A stretch of DNA of 64,000 nucleotides from Escherichia phage vB_Eco_F31, in the sequence record OP870147.1; one strand, given 5' to 3'. The notes under the pieces were generated by a model. It did not search any database. It saw only the letters and a list, made by a program, of their open reading frames with translations, and had not been told where the DNA came from. Made by a program: the position numbers and the translations under genes. Shown piece by piece: positions 36,449-45,082 of the stretch; position 1 is the first letter of the stretch; each line of letters opens with the position of its first letter.

Positions 36449-38137
36449 TTATGAAACAGTCATTACCGTAAATCGTCCAACTTTGCTCATCTGAAGATGT
36501 TGTCCATAACGTTGAGGGTCATGGTCTCGATGAGAGATAATGAACACATTAGTATTTTGTAAACTTCCAAGAATGGTATCTATAGCCTTAACAGCTTCAG
36601 AATCTACAGCGCCGTCAAAAACCTCATCAAGAATCAGAGTGTTGATTTTAACACCAGAGACCTTTTCAGCAATATCTCGCCATGTAAACAACAATGCGAT
36701 ATCGATACGTGCCTTTTCACCTTGACTAAATGAAGCATAACTAAAATCTTCACGACCACGTGATTTTATAGATTCATTGAATTCTTCATCAATAGAAAAC
36801 ACGTAATCAGCTTCCATGATTTTAAGATAATGGTTAATCTGCTTATTGAACAAAGGCACGTATTTTTTAATGATAGCACCTTTAATACCAGAATCTTTTA
36901 ACATATCTGTGATAATACCACGATGGTATTTTTCAAGAACGATATCCGATTTTGTTTTAATGATTTTATCAAGTTCTTTTTGAAGCAAAGCTATCTCATC
37001 GGCATGGTCGATAAATTCCGCCGAGGCTTGTTCTATTGCAGCTTTAACTTTCTTAGCTTTATCAATAGTGGCAATCATTGCTTGTTTCTTGGTACGAATA
37101 TCAGATGCAAGGTCCTGTTTAGTCTTAACATTAGCTCTATATTCGTCCACTAGGACACTCAGATTATCTCTGTGACAGGTAAGTTGCTCGAATGAGTGAT
37201 TACATTCATGAAGCTTATCGGTAATCTTAGAGACAATAGGATCACCCTGGTGCAACTGTGATGCACAAGTAGGACATGTACCACCATCATGATACATCTT
37301 AATAACTTTGTTATATGAGTCGATTTTAGATTTAATCAAGAATGCTTCTTGTCCGATCTTGTTGAATGCCTCAGTAGGGTCTTCATCAAGAACGATATTA
37401 AGTAGTCGCTCATTAGCTTCTTCGATTTCTGCTTTTAATGAACGAGCTTCTTTGGCTAGGTCGTCATACATATTCTGTAGACGCGCTACATTATCACCAG
37501 ATAATTTCTTTTGACGTTCGATATTCTCGTTATAAATCTTAATTTGTTGGATAACACCATCTTTCTTGGCATCGAGAACTTGTCCCTGGGAATTAAGTTC
37601 TCGAACTTGAGACTTATTGATTTTATCCATTTCGGCGAGTGTGCCGACTTCTAAAAGGTCTTCGACAAGTTTTCTACGAGCAGGGGTGCTAAGAGCCATG
37701 AAAGGGGTATACCCTGCCGTCCCAAGCACAACGATTTGTTTAAAAGACGCGTATGACATTCCGATGCTACGTTCAAATTCTTCTTGGAAGTCACGACTGC
37801 TGGCAGATTCATCGAGACGAACACCGTCAACGGAGATTTCGAAAATATTGGGCTTTTGGCCGCGTCTAATGAAGTATTTTTTATCATCGAATTCCATCCA
37901 AAGCTCAACTAAGAGCTCTTTCTTGTTCGTGCTATTAATGATTTGTCCTTTCTTAACATCACGAAATGGTTTACCGAAAAGTCCGAAAGTAATGGCTTCT
38001 AACATCGTAGATTTACCACCACCATTTTTACCAGTGATTAATGTCTTTTGGACTTTATCTAATTGGATATCAATAGGATTCCCACCTACCGACATGATGT
38101 TTTGATAACGAACACGATTTAATTTAAATGATTTCAT
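36449..38137 (-). CDS. 46: recombination endonuclease subunit gp46 (Rad50/SbcC-like ATPase)
   Basis: 562 aa; Walker A GKNGGGKST; coiled-coil middle; Walker B LILDEVFDG. Confidence 0.85.
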   Translation of the reverse strand: MKSFKLNRVRYQNIMSVGGNPIDIQLDKVQKTLITGKNGGGKSTMLEAITFGLFGKPFRDVKKGQIINSTNKKELLVELWMEFDDKKYFIRRGQKPNIFEISVDGVRLDESASSRDFQEEFERSIGMSYASFKQIVVLGTAGYTPFMALSTPARRKLVEDLLEVGTLAEMDKINKSQVRELNSQGQVLDAKKDGVIQQIKIYNENIERQKKLSGDNVARLQNMYDDLAKEARSLKAEIEEANERLLNIVLDEDPTEAFNKIGQEAFLIKSKIDSYNKVIKMYHDGGTCPTCASQLHQGDPIVSKITDKLHECNHSFEQLTCHRDNLSVLVDEYRANVKTKQDLASDIRTKKQAMIATIDKAKKVKAAIEQASAEFIDHADEIALLQKELDKIIKTKSDIVLEKYHRGIITDMLKDSGIKGAIIKKYVPLFNKQINHYLKIMEADYVFSIDEEFNESIKSRGREDFSYASFSQGEKARIDIALLFTWRDIAEKVSGVKINTLILDEVFDGAVDSEAVKAIDTILGSLQNTNVFIISHRDHDPQRYGQHLQMSKVGRFTVMTVS

Positions 38138-38382
38138 ATGTATTCTCTTCGAATGAAGTCCTCTACATATTTTAACATGTCATCCCTATCAGCAAAATAT
38201 TCATCTAGTTCTGCATACATAACAACACCTGGCGCGTACTCACAGGTAACATACATTGTTCCAAAGAAACGAGGAGTTGATTCCTCGTAATTCTCAGTCC
38301 ATTCAACGATACCAATATAACCGTCACCAATACTAAATTCATGACGATGGATTTCATAATCAGTCTTCGTCATTATACGCAT
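38134..38382 (-). CDS. small hypothetical protein
   Basis: 82-aa ORF between 46 and 47. Confidence 0.4.
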   Translation of the reverse strand: MRIMTKTDYEIHRHEFSIGDGYIGIVEWTENYEESTPRFFGTMYVTCEYAPGVVMYAELDEYFADRDDMLKYVEDFIRREYI

Positions 38383-38617
38383 CCTTGATACATGCTTCAG
38401 CCATTTTAAGAATAGAACCAGGAGTATCGTTGTCCATTATATTAAAGCTAAATTCAATAGCCCAGTCAGTGCAGACATGAACTGCTTTAACTTCATTGCC
38501 TTCAACGCGTAATGGCTCAATCCAATACTTGATAGTGTTCTCGAATCCATCGTCATCTTTAACGTCCATTTCAACTTCAAGCCTGAGACCAGCATTGTTA
38601 AATTCATCTAAAGTCAT
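38360..38617 (-). CDS. small hypothetical protein
   Basis: 85-aa acidic ORF. Confidence 0.4.
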   Translation of the reverse strand: MTLDEFNNAGLRLEVEMDVKDDDGFENTIKYWIEPLRVEGNEVKAVHVCTDWAIEFSFNIMDNDTPGSILKMAEACIKDAYNDED

Positions 38618-39633
38618 TGTGTTGCCTCAATATAAAGTTCGTTGGAATATTTGACCAGCGCTTCTCTGTCTTCGTCTGAGATATCTGGAATAGCGTCAAT
38701 ATATTCTTTAATGATATCTTGAAGTGATTTAATCTCGATTTCCTGGTCGTCATCAGATTCAACACTGTTATCAACTTTAGAAACCATACGAAGAGAGTGA
38801 ACTACTTTTTCAAGTTCAGATTCAAACTTAGTCAACTCAGAATCGATTTCTGATACTATAACACGTACGGCTAGATTAGTATAATCAGAATAATTGATTT
38901 TGCCTTTAAACGGATAAGTGATTCGTCGATGCCATGTTGTTTCATTAGGAATAAATTCCATACGTTCAACATCAGTGTCAAATACCCAGAATCCTCGAGG
39001 GTCGTTCTCATCGCCTGCAGTAAGGGTCCATGGTGTCCCAATATATTTGACGTTAGCAGCTTCAGAGATTGTGTGGAAGTGGCCGGACCAGACTTGTTTA
39101 TAAGTCTTTAAGAAATCAGGTTCAAGCCCATGAGACTTCATTCCTTTATAGAAATAAAAGCCGTTCAGTTCCCAGTGCCCAACACAATACGCTGCAGAAG
39201 AAGTCTTGATGTGCTCTAAGATTTCACCTGTATTTTCTTCACACATCCATGGAACGATATCAATCAGACATCCGTCAAAATCTACAGTAGTCGGATGCTC
39301 GTAAATAGTAAAGTTTTCAAATTGAGTTAACAATTCAGAAACAGTGTTAGGTGTTATTGTATTCTTAAACGCCATGTCATGGTTTCCTATCGTGACATGA
39401 ACGTGAATACCTGCTTTAGAAATCATATCAACGATTTCACGATTGAATTCCATTGTACGATGTGTTATTGCTTTACGAACGTCGAACCAATCACCGTACT
39501 GAATCCAAGTTTTAATCCCGTGTTTCTTAGAGTATTCAATTGCTTGTTGAATACCATCACGTTGAATATCTTGAACCCATGGGTCGTCTTGTTTGACTCC
39601 GATATGGAAGTCGCCTAAGTGCAAAATTTTCAT
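38614..39633 (-). CDS. 47: recombination endonuclease subunit gp47 (Mre11/SbcD-like phosphoesterase)
   Basis: 339 aa; N-terminal MKILHLGDFHIG metallophosphatase motif. Confidence 0.85.
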   Translation of the reverse strand: MKILHLGDFHIGVKQDDPWVQDIQRDGIQQAIEYSKKHGIKTWIQYGDWFDVRKAITHRTMEFNREIVDMISKAGIHVHVTIGNHDMAFKNTITPNTVSELLTQFENFTIYEHPTTVDFDGCLIDIVPWMCEENTGEILEHIKTSSAAYCVGHWELNGFYFYKGMKSHGLEPDFLKTYKQVWSGHFHTISEAANVKYIGTPWTLTAGDENDPRGFWVFDTDVERMEFIPNETTWHRRITYPFKGKINYSDYTNLAVRVIVSEIDSELTKFESELEKVVHSLRMVSKVDNSVESDDDQEIEIKSLQDIIKEYIDAIPDISDEDREALVKYSNELYIEATQ

Positions 39634-39649
39634 ATTATTTCCTCATTAG

Positions 39650-39682
39650 TTAATTCATTCTATCATCCGTTTATAAAGCAAA
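39650..39682 (-). promoter_or_regulatory. MotA-box middle-type promoter upstream of gene 47
   Basis: Minus strand TTGCTTTAT - 11 nt - TAGAAT; shares CGGATGATAGAAT with the gene 39 promoter. Confidence 0.45.
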
Positions 39683-39704
39683 AAAGGAACTCCGAAGAGT
39701 TCCT
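39675..39704 (-). terminator. rho-independent terminator with UUCG loop upstream of gene 47
   Basis: AGGAACTC-TTCG-GAGTTCCT followed by TTTTTTGCTTT on the minus strand. Confidence 0.65.
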
Positions 39705-39876
39705 ATCCACATAGTACACCGTACAGAGGCTCATTTGAACTTTTAAATCGAATGGGCTTGTACGTAATAGTTCCTTCGGCTTTAGCTTTATCATAAGACT
39801 CTTTAAAACGTCTCATTCTTTCTGCTTTGCCTTTACGGATTTTATCGAAATTTTCAGAAGTCGGGATGTTCGTCAT
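39703..39876 (-). CDS. small basic hypothetical protein
   Basis: 57-aa ORF by manual translation with GAGGTG RBS; lies where T4 has alpha-gt. Confidence 0.3.
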   Translation of the reverse strand: MTNIPTSENFDKIRKGKAERMRRFKESYDKAKAEGTITYKPIRFKSSNEPLYGVLCG

Positions 39877-39915
39877 GCATAAGCACCTCTCAGAAAATAC
39901 CTAAATCGATTTCTC

Positions 39916-40137
39916 TCATCGTTTCCACCATTTCTTAACTTGAAATGAATCGACCCACACGAGTTGTTTTGGGTCTGCCTTTACAATAGGCGGACAAATT
40001 TCTGTAATAGAACCGTCGTGATATTCCTTTTCAGAAATTTTAACACAAAGAGGACCTCCCAATTTAAGGGTGAACCCTGCGTTCAGCTTCAGACGTTTAA
40101 ACTTTGTTTGAACTAGCGCCATTAATGATGTCCTCAA
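39916..40137 (-). CDS. small hypothetical protein
   Basis: 73-aa ORF. Confidence 0.35.
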   Translation of the reverse strand: MRTSLMALVQTKFKRLKLNAGFTLKLGGPLCVKISEKEYHDGSITEICPPIVKADPKQLVWVDSFQVKKWWKR

Positions 40138-40420
40138 TAGCCTGACGAGTAGTAACCCACTGGATTTTAATTAACTTGTCATTGTATGGTTGTCGTAGAA
40201 TATCCCGAGATTTCTTAATAGCATATTCGTAAGCTTCGAAGTTGTTTTGAATTGCTGCTTCTTGAGCATGAGCATAAAGACGGTTTAGTTCAAAACGATT
40301 CTTTTTAAGAATCTTTTCGGATTTTTTACGTGCTTCAGCTTCATTTTTCTTTTGGATTTCTTGTAGCATTTTAGCTACTGCATCTTCTGCTTCTTTATTT
40401 TCAATAATCTCGGTAGTCAT
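40097..40420 (-). CDS. hypothetical protein
   Basis: 107-aa ORF, helical/charged. Confidence 0.4.
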   Translation of the reverse strand: MTTEIIENKEAEDAVAKMLQEIQKKNEAEARKKSEKILKKNRFELNRLYAHAQEAAIQNNFEAYEYAIKKSRDILRQPYNDKLIKIQWVTTRQAIEDIINGASSNKV

Positions 40421-40421
40421 A

Positions 40422-40631
40422 TTATCTCATTAAATTAAAATAAAAACGTCCATCCTCTTCAATACAGAACTCATATTCAACTGGAGTCCCGTTTATCGAA
40501 AATGACACGTCATGTGGGTTCAAAGGGTCGATGTCAAAATTAATTTTAAATTCACGACCCAACAGTTTTACCAAATAAGGGATTGCTTCGTCAAAAGGTT
40601 CTTCTAAGTAGTTAGAGATGTCAATTGTCAT
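40422..40631 (-). CDS. small hypothetical protein
   Basis: about 69 aa from MTIDISNY; start chosen just downstream of the gp55 stop. Confidence 0.35.
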   Translation of the reverse strand: MTIDISNYLEEPFDEAIPYLVKLLGREFKINFDIDPLNPHDVSFSINGTPVEYEFCIEEDGRFYFNLMR

Positions 40632-41178
40632 CCTCATATAAAAAATCCAAACTAGGCGAATCGCTAACAACTTCCTTCTTTTCAGCCCCAGGAGCTTTAT
40701 AAGCGGATTCTTCATAATGCGTCATTTTATCGTAGATGTCTTGAATAAACGTTTCATCTACCAACGCTACCATATCATCGTCATGACTGTCGTAGACATT
40801 ATGAACGAAGTAACTATATTTCTTTGCAACTTCCTTACGTTCTTTTTTGATACGTTGGACAAAAGCATTAAAACAAGCTCGAGTTATGTATGCATGTGGG
40901 TTATTGTACTTAGTTTCGTCGAAATTATGAAGTCCCTTAATAGAGGCTTCAATCCCATCTGCAATCATCTCCTGCTTCCAAGACTGGGTATATCCTGAAA
41001 AGTTGAAACGTTTGGACAGGCCTTCGGCGATAAGCATAATTGCTAAACCGATGGTATCATTCTGACGAATAATTTTGTTTGGGTCTTTATTATTTAAGAG
41101 CTCCTTTTTCCACTCGATTATAGCAGCGAGAAGCTCTTTGTTATTCACATAGTTATTTTTAGGTTTTTGTTCAGTCAT
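40621..41178 (-). CDS. 55: late-transcription sigma factor gp55
   Basis: 185 aa from [17 protein letters not shown], near-colinear with T4 gp55 as recalled. Confidence 0.85.
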   Translation of the reverse strand: MTEQKPKNNYVNNKELLAAIIEWKKELLNNKDPNKIIRQNDTIGLAIMLIAEGLSKRFNFSGYTQSWKQEMIADGIEASIKGLHNFDETKYNNPHAYITRACFNAFVQRIKKERKEVAKKYSYFVHNVYDSHDDDMVALVDETFIQDIYDKMTHYEESAYKAPGAEKKEVVSDSPSLDFLYEDDN

Positions 41179-41204
41179 AAGTACCTCTTGGCTCAATTCA
41201 TAGG

Positions 41205-41245
41205 TCTATTATATCATAATATTTAGAGACCTATCTTAAAGCACG
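41205..41245 (-). promoter_or_regulatory. promoter upstream of gene 55 (MotA-box-like TGCTTTAAG plus TATTAT/TATAAT)
   Basis: Minus strand cgTGCTTTAAG - 13 nt - TATTAT, then TATAATAGACCTAT; inverted repeat TAGGTCT/AGACCTA. Confidence 0.4.
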
Positions 41246-41250
41246 AGATA

Positions 41251-41520
41251 CTATCGGAGCAAACAATAAGCCTGAAACACTTTTTCCATTAAACGTTTGA
41301 ACTCATGGATATCGATATAAAGCTCAGTAAGACCGGCATTATAAAGAAAATCTAAAAAGTTCTCATGTGTTTCGTTATAGTCGCCTTCGTTTAATTGAGA
41401 TACATGAGTTTCCCAAAAACCAACACCTTTAACGAATGGAAAATACGTGACTTTCATGTATTCGTCAACATAAAATTCGCCCAGCTTTTCTTCAGTTATA
41501 CTGATTCGAGTTAATTTCAT
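41251..41520 (-). CDS. hypothetical protein
   Basis: 89-aa ORF. Confidence 0.4.
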   Translation of the reverse strand: MKLTRISITEEKLGEFYVDEYMKVTYFPFVKGVGFWETHVSQLNEGDYNETHENFLDFLYNAGLTELYIDIHEFKRLMEKVFQAYCLLR

Positions 41521-41744
41521 TCTAGTTCCTTTGCTGCTTCAAGAGCAGCATCCAACGAATCAAATTGGTCAACGAAATCAATATTCAACGCATCGTCAAC
41601 CGTAGCATATAACCACCATTGTTTGAATTCGTATTCTAGGATAAATCCAGGCCCTTCAATCTGAGGAAGACCTAGACTATTTGTACCAACTTCGTAACCA
41701 GCTAGACGCAGGTCATTAATCAAAGTTTCTGTTAATACGCTCAT
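41517..41744 (-). CDS. small acidic hypothetical protein
   Basis: 75-aa ORF. Confidence 0.4.
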   Translation of the reverse strand: MSVLTETLINDLRLAGYEVGTNSLGLPQIEGPGFILEYEFKQWWLYATVDDALNIDFVDQFDSLDAALEAAKELE

Positions 41745-42073
41745 TTTACCGCCTTAACAATTTTAAGGTCAACGAATTTTTTCTTACGTTGATTTTTCAT
41801 ACGACGGATAGTCTTTTCAGAGATTTCATGTTTCTGATAAGCTTTAGATTCAACACCAAATGCAGCAACGTCAAATTCAGAAAGAATATATTGTACTAGA
41901 ATTTCACGAATAGAATTACGTCCAATTTTCTGGTCGTGTTTTTGCATGATTTCATAAAGACGGAATTCCCACGCATCAAGAACTTGAGGAGTAACAATAT
42001 TGCCAGATTCCAGAAGAGCAACAACTTTATCGAAAGCGAAAGAATTAACTACGTTTTTGATTTTAGTAGACAT
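41741..42073 (-). CDS. hypothetical protein
   Basis: about 110 aa from MSTKIKNV with GAGGAAA RBS. Confidence 0.4.
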   Translation of the reverse strand: MSTKIKNVVNSFAFDKVVALLESGNIVTPQVLDAWEFRLYEIMQKHDQKIGRNSIREILVQYILSEFDVAAFGVESKAYQKHEISEKTIRRMKNQRKKKFVDLKIVKAVK

Positions 42074-42139
42074 ATTATTTTCCTCGGTTATTTTATTATC
42101 CAACGAGAGAATTATACTCATCTCTCAAGAGTTTGTATA

Positions 42140-42379
42140 CTATTTTTTAAGCATGAAAAGTAAGTAATTTGTATCACGTGGAGTAATATCAACACCCATA
42201 TCAAAGATGCCTTTATAGATTGGGTATTTGTTTTCGGTTGTATCGAAGCTGAAACTATTTCCATCACAACTAACAGTAATAGCATCTGTTAAAATGTCAT
42301 ACTCAATCCTAACAATTGAATCCCCAATTTTAACGTCGAGGTGTTTTTTGAATTTGATAAAATCTAATTCTTGGGCCAT
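42140..42379 (-). CDS. small hypothetical protein
   Basis: 79-aa ORF. Confidence 0.4.
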   Translation of the reverse strand: MAQELDFIKFKKHLDVKIGDSIVRIEYDILTDAITVSCDGNSFSFDTTENKYPIYKGIFDMGVDITPRDTNYLLFMLKK

Positions 42380-42442
42380 GATATTTTCCTCATTTTAAGA
42401 CGATAGGAAGATAATAACATGTCTTCCTATCGTTGTACATTA

Positions 42443-42655
42443 TTAACCGAACTTTTTAGCGCCTTTCCAGCCTTCGTACATAACTGCACAAGTCAGTAGT
42501 ACAGCGTGCTGGCATTCTTTGTATTTGTAAATCCAGAACCAGCGTAAAAAGTCTTCATCCTCGACACCATTGAGTTTCATGTTGGCAAAGAATTCGGCCC
42601 GTTCTTCACGAAGCTTTTGCGATAACATAGATTCAGGATTCATTTTATATTCCAT
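42443..42655 (-). CDS. small hypothetical protein
   Basis: 70-aa ORF. Confidence 0.35.
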   Translation of the reverse strand: MEYKMNPESMLSQKLREERAEFFANMKLNGVEDEDFLRWFWIYKYKECQHAVLLTCAVMYEGWKGAKKFG

Positions 42656-42867
42656 GCCCCATTTTCATCGATGAACTTAATCCAGTCATTTACAGACCAT
42701 TTAGTTGTATCACCCTTTGGATTAACATTTAAAGTATATAATCCCTGCTTAAAAAGCATTCGTTTGATATTCATAATTTCCTCAACTGTAACGATAACAT
42801 TCGTTAGCTTTACGTTTGGCTTCAGTATGAGAAGTATTATAATCATACTCTTCTTTACTGTAAACAT
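42640..42867 (-). CDS. small hypothetical protein
   Basis: 75-aa ORF. Confidence 0.35.
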   Translation of the reverse strand: MFTVKKSMIIILLILKPNVKLTNVIVTVEEIMNIKRMLFKQGLYTLNVNPKGDTTKWSVNDWIKFIDENGAWNIK

Positions 42868-43075
42868 CTTTTTTCAACTTACGAACTTCTTTGCGGAGTT
42901 GTCGATTCATTTCGTTCTTGACTTCAGAATCAACGCCTTTCATACGTTTCCATTTATCTGAGCGGAAGATGTTTTCAACCATGTCTTTGTGGCTAACACC
43001 GTCAGGAGCTTTACGCTTACCAAAATAGTCGTAATCGCGAACTTTCAAATCTTTACGACGATATGTTTTACCCAT
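42782..43075 (-). CDS. small basic hypothetical protein
   Basis: about 97 aa from MGKTYRRKDLK with GAGGT RBS. Confidence 0.4.
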   Translation of the reverse strand: MGKTYRRKDLKVRDYDYFGKRKAPDGVSHKDMVENIFRSDKWKRMKGVDSEVKNEMNRQLRKEVRKLKKDVYSKEEYDYNTSHTEAKRKANECYRYS

Positions 43076-43082
43076 AAGTACC

Positions 43083-43331
43083 TCAGAGGTTGATTGATAC
43101 AACGCGTTTGATAAAATTCACTTCACTTACTGAAAGGTCTTTAAGACCGATTGATTCTAAACGCTGATTAAGCGTCAACATCGGGATATAATCCCAATGA
43201 GTTTTATTTGCTTGATAAGTACGAACGCCATTAGCAATTTCAACATGCAAATCGGAAATGGTAACGAATACCGGTCGCTCGTCATTAACTTTAAGGGTTA
43301 GAACAACTTTCTTTGAATCTAAACTAATCAT
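43083..43331 (-). CDS. small hypothetical protein
   Basis: 82-aa ORF. Confidence 0.4.
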   Translation of the reverse strand: MISLDSKKVVLTLKVNDERPVFVTISDLHVEIANGVRTYQANKTHWDYIPMLTLNQRLESIGLKDLSVSEVNFIKRVVSINL

Positions 43332-43510
43332 GGCTTAATTTCCTTCGCAATTGAACAGAAGATACTACGGTCACAAAGCATTTCACCAATTTCTGGATAT
43401 TTGATTGAACGGTACCAAACATCCAGGCTTGAAACTCTGGTTATCTGTACGGCATTACCATTGACAGAATAGTACTGGTCAACCTTAATTTCTTTATCTT
43501 CAATTGTCAT
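43328..43510 (-). CDS. small hypothetical protein
   Basis: 60 aa from MTIEDKEIK with AGAGGAAAAC RBS; early-type promoter upstream. Confidence 0.4.
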   Translation of the reverse strand: MTIEDKEIKVDQYYSVNGNAVQITRVSSLDVWYRSIKYPEIGEMLCDRSIFCSIAKEIKP

Positions 43511-43538
43511 TTTGTTTTCCTCTATAGCAGATGGTTTA

Positions 43539-43567
43539 ATCTTAACATATCTATCGAGGATGTAAAC
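43539..43567 (-). promoter_or_regulatory. early promoter (GTTTAC-N17-TAAGAT)
   Basis: Minus strand GTTTAC + 17 + TAAGAT upstream of ORF 43328-43510. Confidence 0.4.
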
Positions 43568-43654
43568 TGTTTTATGAAAAATATTTTTGATTTGAGAGGG
43601 GCACAAGGAGATAGTGAAGTGAAGATTCCAATGGATTATATTAGAAATGAGATA

Positions 43655-43679
43655 AAGAAGACCAGGCGGCACCTGGTCA
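43655..43679 (-). terminator. rho-independent terminator downstream of nrdH-like gene
   Basis: GACCAGG-TGCCG-CCTGGTC followed by TCTTCTTTATCTCATTT on the minus strand. Confidence 0.55.
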
Positions 43680-44000
43680 ATCTTCTATGATATCAGAGTC
43701 ATATCCTAATGAAATCAAGGACTTTTTAAACTCTGCAATATTCTTTTGTTTCTTATCATTTAAAAATATGACAGGATAACGAATATTAAGTGAAGTGAAT
43801 CCTGCACGTTTAGCAAGAGATACGATTAAAGGACGGTCATATTCAATCTTACCATTATTAGTGAGGACTTTATAAAATGTATAAGGAGCATTGAGCTCCT
43901 TTAAAAGTTTTGTAACAGCATAACATCCTGGACAACGTCCTACTTCTTCAGGGATGCCATAGATTTCAATCTTGTTCTTTAAGTTCGAGTTTTGTTCCAC
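43677..44000 (-). CDS. nrdH: glutaredoxin-like protein NrdH
   Basis: CPGC redox motif in a thioredoxin-fold-sized ORF; probable GTG start with AAGGA RBS; terminator hairpin downstream. Confidence 0.5.
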   Translation of the reverse strand: MEQNSNLKNKIEIYGIPEEVGRCPGCYAVTKLLKELNAPYTFYKVLTNNGKIEYDRPLIVSLAKRAGFTSLNIRYPVIFLNDKKQKNIAEFKKSLISLGYDSDIIED

Positions 44001-44283
44001 GAGAAATAATTCCTTGGTAAGCCCAATAAGGAGGATTAACAGAATCCTCACCAGAGTTTTCTTCAGGAAAATAAACCTGGATAACAAATCCAGACTCATC
44101 AAAGGTAAAATAAACCGTAGGCAGTTCACCTAACAAATCGGCACGAGCGTTGATTTCTTCGAGGTCTTGTTCACGTCCAGCCCAAAAACTAGGATTTAGA
44201 TTACATTCGTAAAAATAATAGTCATTACCGAACATATCAAACCCCTTCCAACTCTCTACCACATACCGCTCAAAACTAATCAT
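43966..44283 (-). CDS. hypothetical protein
   Basis: 105-aa ORF. Confidence 0.4.
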   Translation of the reverse strand: MISFERYVVESWKGFDMFGNDYYFYECNLNPSFWAGREQDLEEINARADLLGELPTVYFTFDESGFVIQVYFPEENSGEDSVNPPYWAYQGIISRGTKLELKEQD

Positions 44284-44285
44284 AA

Positions 44286-44501
44286 TTAAGCCTTTTTATC
44301 AAGAACAGAATTCAGTTTATTAGTAATTTTGTCCAAACGTTCATTGAATTCGCTGGAGGATAAACCCTTTTCTGGAGAAATTAAACTAATCACGAAAAAT
44401 ACACCAGTAAAAGGAATAAGAAAAATAGCTCCAACTGCCATAAACAAAAAGAACGTTACAGTTGTAAGAAAATCAGCTAAACCTTTACGAAATTTGTACA
44501 T
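44286..44501 (-). CDS. small membrane protein
   Basis: 71 aa with one long hydrophobic segment. Confidence 0.4.
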   Translation of the reverse strand: MYKFRKGLADFLTTVTFFLFMAVGAIFLIPFTGVFFVISLISPEKGLSSSEFNERLDKITNKLNSVLDKKA

Positions 44502-44611
44502 ATTTACCCTTAATTAACTAAGCATTGATAATCATTAAACTATATTGCGAATAAAATTCTGGACCAAAACGAAAAATCATATCATTTATAGTATCCATAA
44601 TGTAATTCAAT

Positions 44612-45082
44612 TTAATCATGTTTCCACACCCCATCGGTATTTGACCAAAGTCGCTGATTATCTGATCCTCGCCACAGCTTTTTAGTCGGAAGATTTTTCT
44701 CATACTTCCCATCAATAATAACATCAACATATTTAAGCATTTCTAGTTGTTTAATATCTTCAAACTTATATCCTGTCCACAACCAAATGCTTTTATTGGG
44801 ATAAAGATTTTTTACTGTTTGAGCAATGCAATGAATAACATCTCGGTTATCAGGATAGAGAGGGTCACCTCCGGTTATAGTTAATCCTTCTATATAATCA
44901 TTATTCAAACATTCAATTAATTGTTCTAGTGTTTCACCAGTGAATGGAACACCATTTCTAGCATTCCATGTTGATTTATTATAACACCCTTCGCATTTAT
45001 GCAAACAACCCGTAACGAAAAGAACGACCCTGCATCCGGGGCCGTTCACAAAATCGCAAGGATAAAATCTATCATAATTCAT
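44612..45082 (-). CDS. nrdG: anaerobic ribonucleotide reductase activating protein NrdG (radical SAM)
   Basis: 156 aa; CLHKCEGC radical-SAM cluster motif; adjacent to nrdD. Confidence 0.85.
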   Translation of the reverse strand: MNYDRFYPCDFVNGPGCRVVLFVTGCLHKCEGCYNKSTWNARNGVPFTGETLEQLIECLNNDYIEGLTITGGDPLYPDNRDVIHCIAQTVKNLYPNKSIWLWTGYKFEDIKQLEMLKYVDVIIDGKYEKNLPTKKLWRGSDNQRLWSNTDGVWKHD

